From an uncultured Ruminococcus sp. (GTDB taxonomy: Bacteria > Bacillota > Clostridia > Oscillospirales > Ruminococcaceae): a stretch of 64,000 nt of DNA. The position numbers were made by a program, and so were the translations under genes. Shown here in pieces: positions 49,505 to 58,617 of this stretch. The first letter of the stretch is position 1; every line of letters begins with the position of its first letter. Below the pieces are notes generated by a model. The model was given only the letters and a program-made list of their open reading frames with translations. It was not told the DNA's origin and ran no database searches. Where the stretch lies: the NCBI GenBank assembly GCA_964472035.1, contig CAYYIT010000007.1:279-64278 (forward strand), written 5' to 3'.

Positions 49505-50245
49505 TTACTTTTCAAAGAATCTCTTCTTGCGGACATAGAAGGGCGTAATGCCGTCCACTGCCTTCTTGGCGATCTCCTGCTCATAGCTCAGGAAGCAAAG
49601 GTGATCCGCACTCTTGGTCACCTTGGACAGGGTTCTTGCGAGCGGAACGAAGAGCTTTCTGGTATTGCCCAGCATATCCACAACGATGAGGATCTGGGGC
49701 TTCTCACTGCCGCGTACCATTTCCATGATATACGCGCTGTCCACGTTGCTCTGCGCTGCAAAGAACTTGGAGGCTGCTCTTGTGATATGGGACATGGAAC
49801 GCTGCGGTACACGATAGCTGATGATCTCAGCTTCATTATAGGAAATTGCCTTGATGTGCAGGTTTCTTGCGATCATCAGGATGCTCTTGATCTCCTGGGA
49901 GCTGAATTCCTTACCGTAGGAGTTGGGGTTCAGTACCGCAGAAACATTCTGGATCAGGTCAAAGAAACGCAGGCAATTGAGCTTGTAGCATTCTACATAG
50001 CGCTTTGCAAACTGCTGCAGCGCACGGTAGCTGGTAAAGAACGGAATGAAGAGATCGCCCTCAGGATTCTGGATCGTGATCAGCTCCATCTGGACACCCT
50101 CATTGTTTTCGCCGTGCTTGACGGGCGCTTTGCAGATGACATAGATATCACTGCGGATCAGGGTCTGCAGGAATGCAGAGCGCTTGGACGGGTCGTTAAT
50201 GGCTGCTTTCAGTAATTCGTCGAGATTCATAGTTGATTCCTCCAT
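49505..50245 (-). CDS. SseB-family protein, encoded between ruvA and ruvB
   Basis: 246 aa: LLKAAINDPSKRSAFLQTLIRSDIYV...EGDLFIPFFTS. The resemblance to the SseB family is judged by eye. Confidence 0.55.
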   Translation of the reverse strand: MEESTMNLDELLKAAINDPSKRSAFLQTLIRSDIYVICKAPVKHGENNEGVQMELITIQNPEGDLFIPFFTSYRALQQFAKRYVECYKLNCLRFFDLIQNVSAVLNPNSYGKEFSSQEIKSILMIARNLHIKAISYNEAEIISYRVPQRSMSHITRAASKFFAAQSNVDSAYIMEMVRGSEKPQILIVVDMLGNTRKLFVPLARTLSKVTKSADHLCFLSYEQEIAKKAVDGITPFYVRKKRFFEK

Positions 50246-50247
50246 TT

Positions 50248-50859
50248 TTATTTTTTACGTCTTCCCATTTCACGCAGGGTCAGACGAATGAGTTCCTCGG
50301 GTGACAACTGCTCATCCTGCCGGAGCAGAACGGGCATGACTTCTTCCTGCCGGTAGCCCAGCACGCAGAGTGCCGCAAGTGCTTCGGAGATGCTGTCGCC
50401 GCCGCCTGCATTGCCCGCAGGTGCAGCAGCTGCCTGCATTGCCGGATTGGTTTTTGCAAGCTTATCCTTCAGGTCAACGACAATGCGCTCGGCGGATTTC
50501 TTGCCGACGCCCTTCACCTTGGTCAGGGCGGAGCTGTCGCCGGACGCAACAAGAAGTGCAAAACGATTCGGTGTCAGATCGGACAGGATGGCGATCGCGG
50601 CCTTCGGGCCAATACCGGACACTGTGATCAGCATCTGAAAACAGGAAAGCTCCTCCTGTGTGGCAAAACCGAACAGCTCCACCGCATCCTCGCGAACGGA
50701 CATATGCGTGAGCAATCGGACATCACTGCCGATCGCGCCAAGCGCTGCAAGTGTTGTCTGCGTCGTACGGCATGCATAGCCGACACCGGCGCACTCCACC
50801 ACAGCAAGCGTTGCTTCCTTATGGATCAGTTTTCCTGCTACACTGTAAATCATGGACAT
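50248..50859 (-). CDS. ruvA: Holliday junction DNA-binding protein RuvA
   Basis: IYSVAGKL...VECAGVGY...LITVSGIGPKAAIAIL...VKGVGKKSAERIV. Confidence 0.9.
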   Translation of the reverse strand: MSMIYSVAGKLIHKEATLAVVECAGVGYACRTTQTTLAALGAIGSDVRLLTHMSVREDAVELFGFATQEELSCFQMLITVSGIGPKAAIAILSDLTPNRFALLVASGDSSALTKVKGVGKKSAERIVVDLKDKLAKTNPAMQAAAAPAGNAGGGDSISEALAALCVLGYRQEEVMPVLLRQDEQLSPEELIRLTLREMGRRKK

Positions 50860-50895
50860 CTCCTCTTTTCCTATGCTTCCCCCAAATCAAGCCCA

Positions 50896-51375
50896 TTATC
50901 TTCTGCCGCGGCAGCAGTGCCCGTGACAGATGGCAATGGCGAGTGCATCAGCAGCATCATCGGGCTTCGGGATCTGCTCAAGCTTCAGGATCCGGCGTGT
51001 CATATCCATCACCTGCCGCTTCTCCGCTTTACCGTAGCCGACAACGGCCTGCTTCACCTGCAGGGGGGTATACTCAAAAACCGGAATATTCCGCTTGGCT
51101 GCCGCAAGGATAAGGATCCCTCTTGCCTGTGCAACATCAATGGCAGTCGTACGGTTGGTCGTAAAGTACAGCCGTTCGATCGCCATGCAGTCCGGCTCGT
51201 ACCGGCGCAGGATCTCCTGCATATCGGTATCGATCGCACAGAGGCGCTCCGTAAAGGGCGTATGTGCCTCGGTCAGAATGGCTCCGTATTCAATTGGTGC
51301 AAAATTTGCACCGGCATAATCCACTACGCCAAAACCGACGATCGCATAGCCGGGATCGATTCCAAGTATTCTCAT
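50896..51375 (-). CDS. ruvC: Crossover junction endodeoxyribonuclease RuvC
   Basis: MRILGIDPGYAIVGFGV...AIERLYF. Start is trimmed to ATG 51375 (AGGAG 7 nt upstream). Confidence 0.9.
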   Translation of the reverse strand: MRILGIDPGYAIVGFGVVDYAGANFAPIEYGAILTEAHTPFTERLCAIDTDMQEILRRYEPDCMAIERLYFTTNRTTAIDVAQARGILILAAAKRNIPVFEYTPLQVKQAVVGYGKAEKRQVMDMTRRILKLEQIPKPDDAADALAIAICHGHCCRGRR

Positions 51376-51476
51376 TGTTTCACTCCTGAAGGCGCACTGA
51401 GGCCTGAACATTCTCATGCACTTTATATTATAACATAAAACCGTCTGCTTTTTCAATACCTAATCCCATTTTTATG

Positions 51477-51505
51477 TTGACTTTTTTGAAAAAATTATGT
51501 ATAAT
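51477..51505 (+). promoter_or_regulatory. Promoter TTGACT-17-TGTATAAT (extended -10) for pheA
   Basis: TTGACT at 51477-51482, TG at 51498-51499, TATAAT at 51500-51505. Confidence 0.7.
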
Positions 51506-51592
51506 ATTGAATACAGCCGTTACTTCGCTCATTCGGGTGCCGGATACAGCGGATTTTTCAATTCTGAACGGGTGTCGAAGGGAGTAGCAACC

Positions 51593-52708
51593 ATGAATCT
51601 GGATGAACTTCGTCAGGGAATCAACCAACTTGACCAGGAAATTATCGAAGCATTTTCAAAACGAATGGATCTTTGCCGCCAGGTGGCAATCTACAAAAAG
51701 GAACATCATCTTCAGATTTTTCAGAACGCGCGTGAGGAAGAGATCATCAAGCGTGTTTCCGATCAGGCACCGGAACCTCTCAAGGCCCCCACGGCACATC
51801 TGTTCAAGAACATCATGGACATCAGCAAGCATCTGCAGTACCGTGAGATCATGAAGCAGGAGGAACCCTATACTTATAACGCATTCCTTCCCTCTTCCGG
51901 CTGCAGCGTTGCCTGCCAGGGCACAGCAGGTGCCAATGCCGAAACTGCCGCAAAGCAGATCTTCGGTGAGGAATGTACTCCCATTTTCTATTCGTCCTTT
52001 GCAGACGTTTTTGAGGCTGTGCAGAACGGCGACACAAAATACGGCATCATTCCGATCCAGAATTCGACCGCCGGCAGTGTTGTACAGGCCTACGACCTGA
52101 TGAGCAAATACAATTTTTATATCAGCAAGACCACTGTTGTCGAGATCACCAATTGTCTCGCGGTAAAGCCCGGAACCGGACTGGAGGACGTCCGCGAAGT
52201 ATTCTCCCATCCGCAGGCGCTGATGCAGTGTTCCGAATTCATCGCAAAGCAGGGACTTACCCCGAACAGCTACGGCAATACCGCAACTGCGGCAAAGATG
52301 GTTGCGGAAAGTCCGGAGCCGTACGCTGCGATCTGTTCCGAAAACTGTGCAAAGCTGCACGGGCTTGAGATCCTTCGTGATCATATTTCCGATTATGTGC
52401 CGAATTACACAAAGTTCATCTGCATTTCCAAGGATCTGCTGCTTCCGGAGGATGCGGACTCGATCTCTGTCATGCTCAAGCTTCCTCATGAGGAAGGAAC
52501 GCTCTATCGCCTGCTGAGCAAATTCGTCATCTGCGGTCTGAACCTCCAGAAGCTGGAGAGCCGTCCGATGCGTGACGGCAGCTTTGAAGTGATGTTCTAC
52601 CTCGACTTCAACGGAAACATCCGTGACAAGCACGTCGGCGCGCTGCTCTCCGAGCTTGCAGAACAGCTTGAATACTTCAAATTCCTTGGCAACTACAGCG
52701 AAACCTGA
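51593..52708 (+). CDS. pheA: Bifunctional chorismate mutase / prephenate dehydratase
   Basis: LDELRQGINQLDQEIIEAFSKRMDL (CM_2 domain), then PDT (IPIQNSTAGSV) and a C-terminal ACT domain. ATG 51593 follows GAAGGGAG. Confidence 0.85.
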   Translation: MNLDELRQGINQLDQEIIEAFSKRMDLCRQVAIYKKEHHLQIFQNAREEEIIKRVSDQAPEPLKAPTAHLFKNIMDISKHLQYREIMKQEEPYTYNAFLPSSGCSVACQGTAGANAETAAKQIFGEECTPIFYSSFADVFEAVQNGDTKYGIIPIQNSTAGSVVQAYDLMSKYNFYISKTTVVEITNCLAVKPGTGLEDVREVFSHPQALMQCSEFIAKQGLTPNSYGNTATAAKMVAESPEPYAAICSENCAKLHGLEILRDHISDYVPNYTKFICISKDLLLPEDADSISVMLKLPHEEGTLYRLLSKFVICGLNLQKLESRPMRDGSFEVMFYLDFNGNIRDKHVGALLSELAEQLEYFKFLGNYSET

Positions 52709-52783
52709 TCCATACCGGCCCACCATCATATGAGAAGGGCCTTCGATCCAAAATAAAAAGATATACGATTCCGGAGATAACAC

Positions 52784-53548
52784 ATGTATTATTGCTGCGC
52801 AATTACGGACAAGGGCATCCGTCCGCATAATGAAGATGCCTTCATGATTCACAAAACCGTTCTGACAGAGGGCATGACGGAGATCAACGCTGCTGCACCA
52901 TTCCTGGCTGCGGTCTGCGATGGCGTTTCCGGCGAACAGTCGGGAGAACTGGCTTCTTCCATGTGCCTGAACCTGCTGAAGGATGTCAGCTTTTCCAGCC
53001 GTCTGAATATGACGGAGATCCTGACGGAGATCCATCATACACTCGCGGCGCACGGAAGACAGCACGCGGAGGATTTCAATATGCAGACCACGCTCTGCGG
53101 GATCGGCATTGATGAGAACGACCGCCTGCATACGATCAACGTCGGCGATTCCAGACTCTACCGGTACCGCAGCGGCTGCCTGACGCAGCTGTCACGCGAC
53201 CAGTCACTGGTGCAGATGCTGTTTGATGAGGGAACGATCACCAAGGAAGAAAAACAGAATCATATCCATCGCAACATCATCTTCCCCGTTCTGGGAAATC
53301 TGTCCGCCATCCCCCAGCTTGACGTCCGTTGCAGTGAGGAGACAGTCGATTACGGCGATATCCTGCTGCTCTGTTCGGACGGGCTGTCCGACTACGCCGA
53401 GAGTACCGAAATTGAAGAGATCCTTGCGCTGCCAAAGCCTTTAGTGCGCCGTCTGCGAATGCTGACGGATCTTGCACTTGCCAATGGCAGTACGGATAAC
53501 ATCACCATTCTTGCCGTCACAAGGATACCCGATCCCAAAAAGAGATAG
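52784..53548 (+). CDS. PP2C-family Ser/Thr protein phosphatase
   Basis: RPHNEDAF...VCDGVSG...NVGDSRLY...LLCSDGLSD...GSTDNITIL. Confidence 0.85.
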   Translation: MYYCCAITDKGIRPHNEDAFMIHKTVLTEGMTEINAAAPFLAAVCDGVSGEQSGELASSMCLNLLKDVSFSSRLNMTEILTEIHHTLAAHGRQHAEDFNMQTTLCGIGIDENDRLHTINVGDSRLYRYRSGCLTQLSRDQSLVQMLFDEGTITKEEKQNHIHRNIIFPVLGNLSAIPQLDVRCSEETVDYGDILLLCSDGLSDYAESTEIEEILALPKPLVRRLRMLTDLALANGSTDNITILAVTRIPDPKKR

Positions 53549-53553
53549 TTCTG

Positions 53554-53577
53554 ATACCCTGCCAGAAGGCAGGGTAT
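53554..53577 (+). terminator. Terminator after the PP2C gene
   Basis: ATACCCTGCC-agaa-GGCAGGGTAT TTGTG. A second hairpin at 53594-53623 could serve the convergent lipoprotein gene. Confidence 0.6.
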
Positions 53578-53630
53578 TTGTGCAATATACAGTAACGCTC
53601 CCCGTCTTACGGCGGGGAGCGTTTGCATTA

Positions 53631-54548
53631 TCAGTCTTTCTTGGTCAGTTCCATTTCGTCGCCATAGGAATCTGTGAGGATCACGGTTTCACCCTCAAAC
53701 TCATAGGTCATATCTTCGCTTTCACCGTCATAGGACATGGTCAGAGTATTATCACCGGTATACTCGCACTCTGTTGCCATGCCGAGCAGCATTTCTTCAC
53801 CGTCGATGTAGAAATACATGTCCTCACCGGCATACATTGCAATGGACTCTTCCTCAGAATCCACCAGCGTGTAGCGGCCCTGCAGGGAATCTACATCCTG
53901 ACCGTCAACAGCCTCAAGCACCAGGAATACCAATTCTTCCTCGGTCTCGAAGTTCACTGCCTTTACGACCAGCTGATCATCCACGATCTCTTCCTGGATC
54001 TCCGCAACGCCTTCTTCCTCGTCAACACCTTCGATCCAGAACTCGCCGTCTGTGAAGTGCATGGTATCCGTCATGTCAAAATAGATGATCATCTCGGAAT
54101 CCGTGAACTGGATATAGCCGCTGTCGTACCCATCGTCAAAGTTCCAGAAGCCTGTCAGATCGCCGGTACCAGCGGAAACGCCGCCTTCATCCTCGCTGTC
54201 TTCGTCCACGCTGGACTCTTCTTCCTCGCGTCTGGATTCTTCTTCCTCACGTCTGGACTCTTCTTCCTCACGTCTGGACTCTTCTTCCTCACGTCTGGAC
54301 TCTTCTTCCTCACGTCTCGATTCTTCATCCTCCGCCTCTTCGCGTCTGGAATCTTCTTCCTCTTCCTCGTCTTCCTTATCCTTCTTGTCCTCGTCCTCTT
54401 CGTCTTCGTCCTCGTCGTCCCTATCCTTGTCACTTACTTCGGACTTGTTGTCCTTATCTGCCTTGTCATCATCCTTCTTGCCGCAGCCGACTGTTGCGAG
54501 CATTGCAATTGCCATCATCATCAGAAGTACTTTTTTCAGATTCTTCAT
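53631..54548 (-). CDS. Lipoprotein with a highly acidic repeat region (ESRREEE x5-6)
   Basis: The signal peptide plus lipobox is MKNLKKVLLMMMAIAMLATVGC. It is followed by a D/E/K-rich region and a heptad tandem repeat. Confidence 0.75.
   Translation of the reverse strand: MKNLKKVLLMMMAIAMLATVGCGKKDDDKADKDNKSEVSDKDRDDEDEDEEDEDKKDKEDEEEEEDSRREEAEDEESRREEEESRREEEESRREEEESRREEEESRREEEESSVDEDSEDEGGVSAGTGDLTGFWNFDDGYDSGYIQFTDSEMIIYFDMTDTMHFTDGEFWIEGVDEEEGVAEIQEEIVDDQLVVKAVNFETEEELVFLVLEAVDGQDVDSLQGRYTLVDSEEESIAMYAGEDMYFYIDGEEMLLGMATECEYTGDNTLTMSYDGESEDMTYEFEGETVILTDSYGDEMELTKKD
54211..54336 (-). repeat. 21-bp tandem repeat, five near-identical copies plus one degenerate copy, inside the lipoprotein gene
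   Basis: The plus-strand unit is ctggactcttcttcctcacgt, with copies at 54211, 54232, 54253, 54274 and 54295, and a degenerate copy at 54316. Confidence 0.9.
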
Positions 54549-54729
54549 ATTTTTCTCTCCCTCATTATGTTATTCACATCGAAAACATCCGATGTATTGT
54601 TAGATTATAGCATATTACCGCGCTAAAATCAAGAGTTTTCGCAAAAAATAGGAATATCGAACAAAAAATATCGAATCTGTACGAAGCGATTCATTCGAAA
54701 TTCTGCAGATTTCACGAAAATGGCACATT

Positions 54730-55536
54730 TTATTCCATTTTCGTCAACACGTCAGTCTGGTCATTTTCATCCGTGATGACCAGTGCCTTTTCATGGATCT
54801 CATACTGCAGCGTCAGTGTATCACCTGCGCTGAACAGGAGCAGCTCCCCATCAGCGGCGTTGTAGAAGCCTGTTGTTCCGAGGAAGAGCTTCTCGCCTTC
54901 AAGGAGAATATAGTAATTCTCCGTCAGGACGCCGGCCACCGAATCGTACACATAGCAATCCTCCAGATGGTAGAGACCCTGCAGGGAGACGGAATTGGTT
55001 CCGGATTCAGGCGTCATATGCAGGATGGTTTCATTGTCATAGACCGCGGTCACTCCGTCAGCATCCGCACTGATGGAACAATCCATTTCACCGATGGAAA
55101 AGCAGCCGTCGTCAAAATTCATGACACCAGAGTAATCCACAAACATGACCATTGCATTCTGTTCCATGAGCTGTATACGGAAGCCATTCTCATATTCCCA
55201 TGTGCCGATCAGAGCATCATCCGTTTCACCGGCAACAAAGGTCTCCGTTTCCTGCTCAGCCTCCTCCGACGTTTCTTCTTCGGATGCAGCAGGTTCTGTT
55301 TCTGTCGGAGAAGCTTCCGTCGTAACGGGAGCCGCGTCCGTTGCTTCTTCAGACGGAGCAGCGGCTGTTTCGGAAGGAGATTCTGTTTCTTCCGTAGAAG
55401 AAGCCGTTCCCTCCTCCGCACTCTCCATGATCGTCAGGGTGTAATCCGGCGCCTTGGAATCCTCTGTTTCTTTTTTCTGACAGCCAACGGCAGCCAGCGT
55501 CAGTACAGCAATTGCTGCAGCAGTCATTTTTTTCAT
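54730..55536 (-). CDS. Lipoprotein, paralogous in its C-terminal domain to 53631..54548
   Basis: MKKMTAAAIAVLTLAAVGC lipobox, a T/E/A/S-rich linker, and a C-terminal domain with a similar W.F.DG...F.DG.F.IGE pattern. Confidence 0.7.
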   Translation of the reverse strand: MKKMTAAAIAVLTLAAVGCQKKETEDSKAPDYTLTIMESAEEGTASSTEETESPSETAAAPSEEATDAAPVTTEASPTETEPAASEEETSEEAEQETETFVAGETDDALIGTWEYENGFRIQLMEQNAMVMFVDYSGVMNFDDGCFSIGEMDCSISADADGVTAVYDNETILHMTPESGTNSVSLQGLYHLEDCYVYDSVAGVLTENYYILLEGEKLFLGTTGFYNAADGELLLFSAGDTLTLQYEIHEKALVITDENDQTDVLTKME

Positions 55537-55546
55537 AATCTTCTCC

Positions 55547-56926
55547 TTACATATGGCTCTTTACAAAATTAACAAGACCAATGACAAATACGATCAGGAC
55601 AATGACCGGCAGGACATAGGTCATATAGCCGCGCATAAAACGACGTACCTTCAGACCCTTGCCGGCATTGGCTTCGTTTGTGAAATTCTCCCAGCCCCAC
55701 CCCTTTTTGCTCGTACAGAACAGGATGAAAACGAGAGATCCGATCGGAAGGATCAGGTTGCTGACGATGAAATCTTCCAGATCCATAATGGTGCTGCCGG
55801 CTCCGAAGGGGGCTGCGCCGCTCAGAAGATTAAAGCCAAGTGCACAGGGCAGAGAAAGGACAAACATCAGGATGCCATTGACTGCGCAGGCTTTTTTTCT
55901 GCTCCATGCAAACAGATCGGTCGTACAGGCAATGATGCCTTCGAACACGGTCAGAACAGTGGAAAGTGCCGCAAAGGACATGAACACAAAGAAGAGACTT
56001 CCCCAGAGTCTGCCGAGGGGAATATGATTGAAAATATTCGGAAGCGTCACGAAGATCAGGCTCGGACCGCTGTCCACCTCCACACCGTAGGCAAAGCATG
56101 CCGGAAAGATGATCAGGCCGGAGCAGAGTGCTACAAACGTATCCAGCAGTCCCACATTGACTGCCTCGCCCATCAGCGCTCTGTCCTTGTCAATATAGCT
56201 GCCGAAGATCGCCATGGCACCCATACCGAGGCTTAGGGTGAAGAACGCCTGGTTCATTGCCGCGACAATGACATTTCCGAGGCCGACATTCTGAATTTTG
56301 CTGATATCGGGGAGCAGGTAGAATTTCAGACCCTCCTCGCCGCCGTCCATAAAGAAACTGTTGACTGCCAGAACGATCATGATCAGGATCAACGCGATCA
56401 TCATCCACTTGGTAATGCGTTCCAGACCGTTCTTCAGACCGAAGGAACAAACGACAAATCCCAGCGCAACGGTAATTGCCATGAACAGTACCATGATCAC
56501 AGGATCCGCAAGCACAGTGTCAAAATAACTGCCGACACCGGCGGCATCGAGCCCGACAAAATCACCTTTGGCAGTTGCCACAAAATAGTACAGCATCCAT
56601 CCCGAAACGGTCGTATAGAACATCATCAGAAGGTAGTTACCGATGACGGATATCATTCCGTGCCAATGCCACTTCTGTCCCTCTTTTTCAAGTGCCTGGT
56701 ACATTTTTGCAGGGCTTTTCTGGCTGGCGCGTCCCAGAGAAAATTCCATGGTCATAACAGGAACTCCCATCACGATCAGGAAGAACAGATAGATCAGCAC
56801 AAACAGTCCGCCGCCGTTCGCACCTGCCATATAGGGAAATTTCCACACATTGCCGATGCCGATCGCACAGCCGGCACTCAGCAGAATGAAGCCTAAACGG
56901 CTTCCGAGTCGTTCTCTTTTCATCAT
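55547..56926 (-). CDS. Neurotransmitter:sodium symporter (SNF/NSS) family transporter
   Basis: GFILLSAGCAIGIGNVWKFPYMAGANGG, about 12 TM helices. Confidence 0.85.
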   Translation of the reverse strand: MMKRERLGSRLGFILLSAGCAIGIGNVWKFPYMAGANGGGLFVLIYLFFLIVMGVPVMTMEFSLGRASQKSPAKMYQALEKEGQKWHWHGMISVIGNYLLMMFYTTVSGWMLYYFVATAKGDFVGLDAAGVGSYFDTVLADPVIMVLFMAITVALGFVVCSFGLKNGLERITKWMMIALILIMIVLAVNSFFMDGGEEGLKFYLLPDISKIQNVGLGNVIVAAMNQAFFTLSLGMGAMAIFGSYIDKDRALMGEAVNVGLLDTFVALCSGLIIFPACFAYGVEVDSGPSLIFVTLPNIFNHIPLGRLWGSLFFVFMSFAALSTVLTVFEGIIACTTDLFAWSRKKACAVNGILMFVLSLPCALGFNLLSGAAPFGAGSTIMDLEDFIVSNLILPIGSLVFILFCTSKKGWGWENFTNEANAGKGLKVRRFMRGYMTYVLPVIVLIVFVIGLVNFVKSHM

Positions 56927-57144
56927 TGCCTCCTATTATTGCCTTGGTGCATCCAATGAGCGATCAATGCCGCTGTTCCGATCAGAAACGCGATCCCTGC
57001 ATTGATCAGAAGGATCACACCGATCCAGAGTGCAACATAAGTAAACAGAAGCCCCAGAAATCCCGTCAGCAGGGCAAGTATGATCAGAAGCACCGCCATC
57101 CTGCATGTGATCTGCGTGTAAAGCGTCTTCCAGAAATCCTCCAT
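56923..57144 (-). CDS. Small two-TM membrane protein, translationally coupled upstream of the NSS transporter
   Basis: The ORF is trimmed to ATG 57144 (MEDFWKTLY...), giving 73 aa. Its stop overlaps the transporter start. Confidence 0.5.
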   Translation of the reverse strand: MEDFWKTLYTQITCRMAVLLIILALLTGFLGLLFTYVALWIGVILLINAGIAFLIGTAALIAHWMHQGNNRRQ

Positions 57145-57283
57145 TACCGTTACACTCCTCTCCTCTGCGCATCCCTGCGCAGTCATCCTGTCTATTATAC
57201 TATAAATGCGAAGGCTTGTCAATTCCGTACCGATGAGAGATGATGTCACGCCTGAACATTCTTGTAATATCAATACAAAATTA

Positions 57284-57312
57284 TTGACAAACCAGCGGAA
57301 GTATGGTATACT
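57284..57312 (+). promoter_or_regulatory. Promoter TTGACA-17-TATACT for the alcohol dehydrogenase gene
   Basis: TTGACA at 57284-57289 and TATACT at 57307-57312. Confidence 0.7.
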
Positions 57313-57386
57313 ATTAACAAGAGCAGCAATGGTACGCTGTTTTCACTGAACACCATTCCAGAATTTACTAAGGAGGATCTATTTTT

Positions 57387-58535
57387 ATGGCACAGAGAAT
57401 TGTACTGAACGGAACATCCTATCATGGCGCCGGCGCGATCGGCGATATCATCACAGAAGTCAAGAGCCGCGGCTTCCAGAAGGCTCTCGTCTGCTCCGAC
57501 CCCGATCTGATCAAATTCGGGCTCACCGCAAAGGTGACCGATCTGCTCGACCAGAACGGCATGGCATATTCCGTTTTCTCCGATATCAAGCCGAATCCCA
57601 CCATTGAAAATGTACAGAACGGCGTGGCAGCCTGCAAGGAAGCGGCTGCGGATTACATCATTGCTGTCGGCGGCGGCTCCTCCATGGATACTGCTAAGGC
57701 GATCGGCATCATCATCACCAATCCTGAATTTGCAGATGTGCGCAGTCTTGAAGGTGTTGCTCCCACCAAGAATCCCTGTGTTCCGATCCTGGCAGTTCCG
57801 ACGACCGCGGGTACCGCTGCTGAGGTTACCATCAACTACGTTATCACTGACGAAGAAAAGAACCGCAAGATGGTTTGTGTGGATACCCATGACATTCCGA
57901 TCGTTGCGTTTGTGGATCCCGACATGATGAGCACCATGCCGAAGGGGCTGACTGCTGCAACCGGTATGGATGCACTGACCCACGCGATCGAGGGCTTTAT
58001 CACAAAGGCTGCCTGGGAAATGACTGACATGTTCCACCTCAAGGCAATTGAGATCATAGCAAAGTCCCTGCGCGGTGCAGTGGAGAACACTCCCGAAGGA
58101 CGCGAAGGCATGGCTCTTGGCCAGTACATCGCCGGCATGGGATTCTCGAACGTTGGTCTCGGTATCGTACACTCCATGGCACATCCGCTGGGCGCACTGT
58201 ATGATACACCCCATGGTATCGCAAACGCCATCATTCTCCCCGTAGTCATGGAATACAACGCAGAGGCTACCGGTGACAAGTACAAGTACATTGCAGCAGC
58301 AATGGGCGTGGAAGGCACCGAATCCATGAGCGTTGAAGAATACCGTGCAGCAGCGATCAATGCAGTAAAGCAGCTGTCCGCTGACGTTGGTATTCCTGCG
58401 GATCTGAAGGAGATCGTAAAGCGCGAGGACATCCCGTTCCTTGCAGAGTCCGCCTATGCTGACGCCTGCCGTCCCGGCAACCCGAAGGACACTTCCGTGG
58501 AGGATATCACTGCACTGTACGAGTCCATGCTGTAA
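57387..58535 (+). CDS. Iron-containing (group III) alcohol dehydrogenase, lactaldehyde reductase/FucO-like
   Basis: 382 aa: AVGGGSSMDTAK, VPTTAGTAAEVT, and the HxxxH metal site GIVHSMAHPLG. Confidence 0.85.
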   Translation: MAQRIVLNGTSYHGAGAIGDIITEVKSRGFQKALVCSDPDLIKFGLTAKVTDLLDQNGMAYSVFSDIKPNPTIENVQNGVAACKEAAADYIIAVGGGSSMDTAKAIGIIITNPEFADVRSLEGVAPTKNPCVPILAVPTTAGTAAEVTINYVITDEEKNRKMVCVDTHDIPIVAFVDPDMMSTMPKGLTAATGMDALTHAIEGFITKAAWEMTDMFHLKAIEIIAKSLRGAVENTPEGREGMALGQYIAGMGFSNVGLGIVHSMAHPLGALYDTPHGIANAIILPVVMEYNAEATGDKYKYIAAAMGVEGTESMSVEEYRAAAINAVKQLSADVGIPADLKEIVKREDIPFLAESAYADACRPGNPKDTSVEDITALYESML

Positions 58536-58554
58536 TCCATTCGTTTTGCATCAG

Positions 58555-58583
58555 AAAAGCCTCCCCGTCATGGGGAGGCTTTT
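58555..58583. terminator. Bidirectional terminator between the ADH gene and the GIY-YIG gene
   Basis: AAAAGCCTCCCC-gtcat-GGGGAGGCTTTT. Confidence 0.75.
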
Positions 58584-58617
58584 GGTGTCAATGAAACAAC
58601 ATTAGAACCCGAAGCGC

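Noticed and set aside
51497-51592. The N-terminal extension of pheA in the ORF track (MYNIEYSRYFAHSGAGYSGFFNSE...), considered as a possible Phe/Tyr-rich leader peptide.
   Set aside because: Its ATG lies inside the promoter spacer/-10 region (51483-51505), so it would not be transcribed. The real pheA start at 51593 has a good RBS.
52784-53548. The PP2C phosphatase, considered as a possible partner of the vWA protein (a vWA/PP2C/kinase triad) or of the HipA-like kinase.
   Set aside because: It is more than 30 kb from either gene, sits in an unrelated transcription unit, and has a housekeeping-like context next to pheA.
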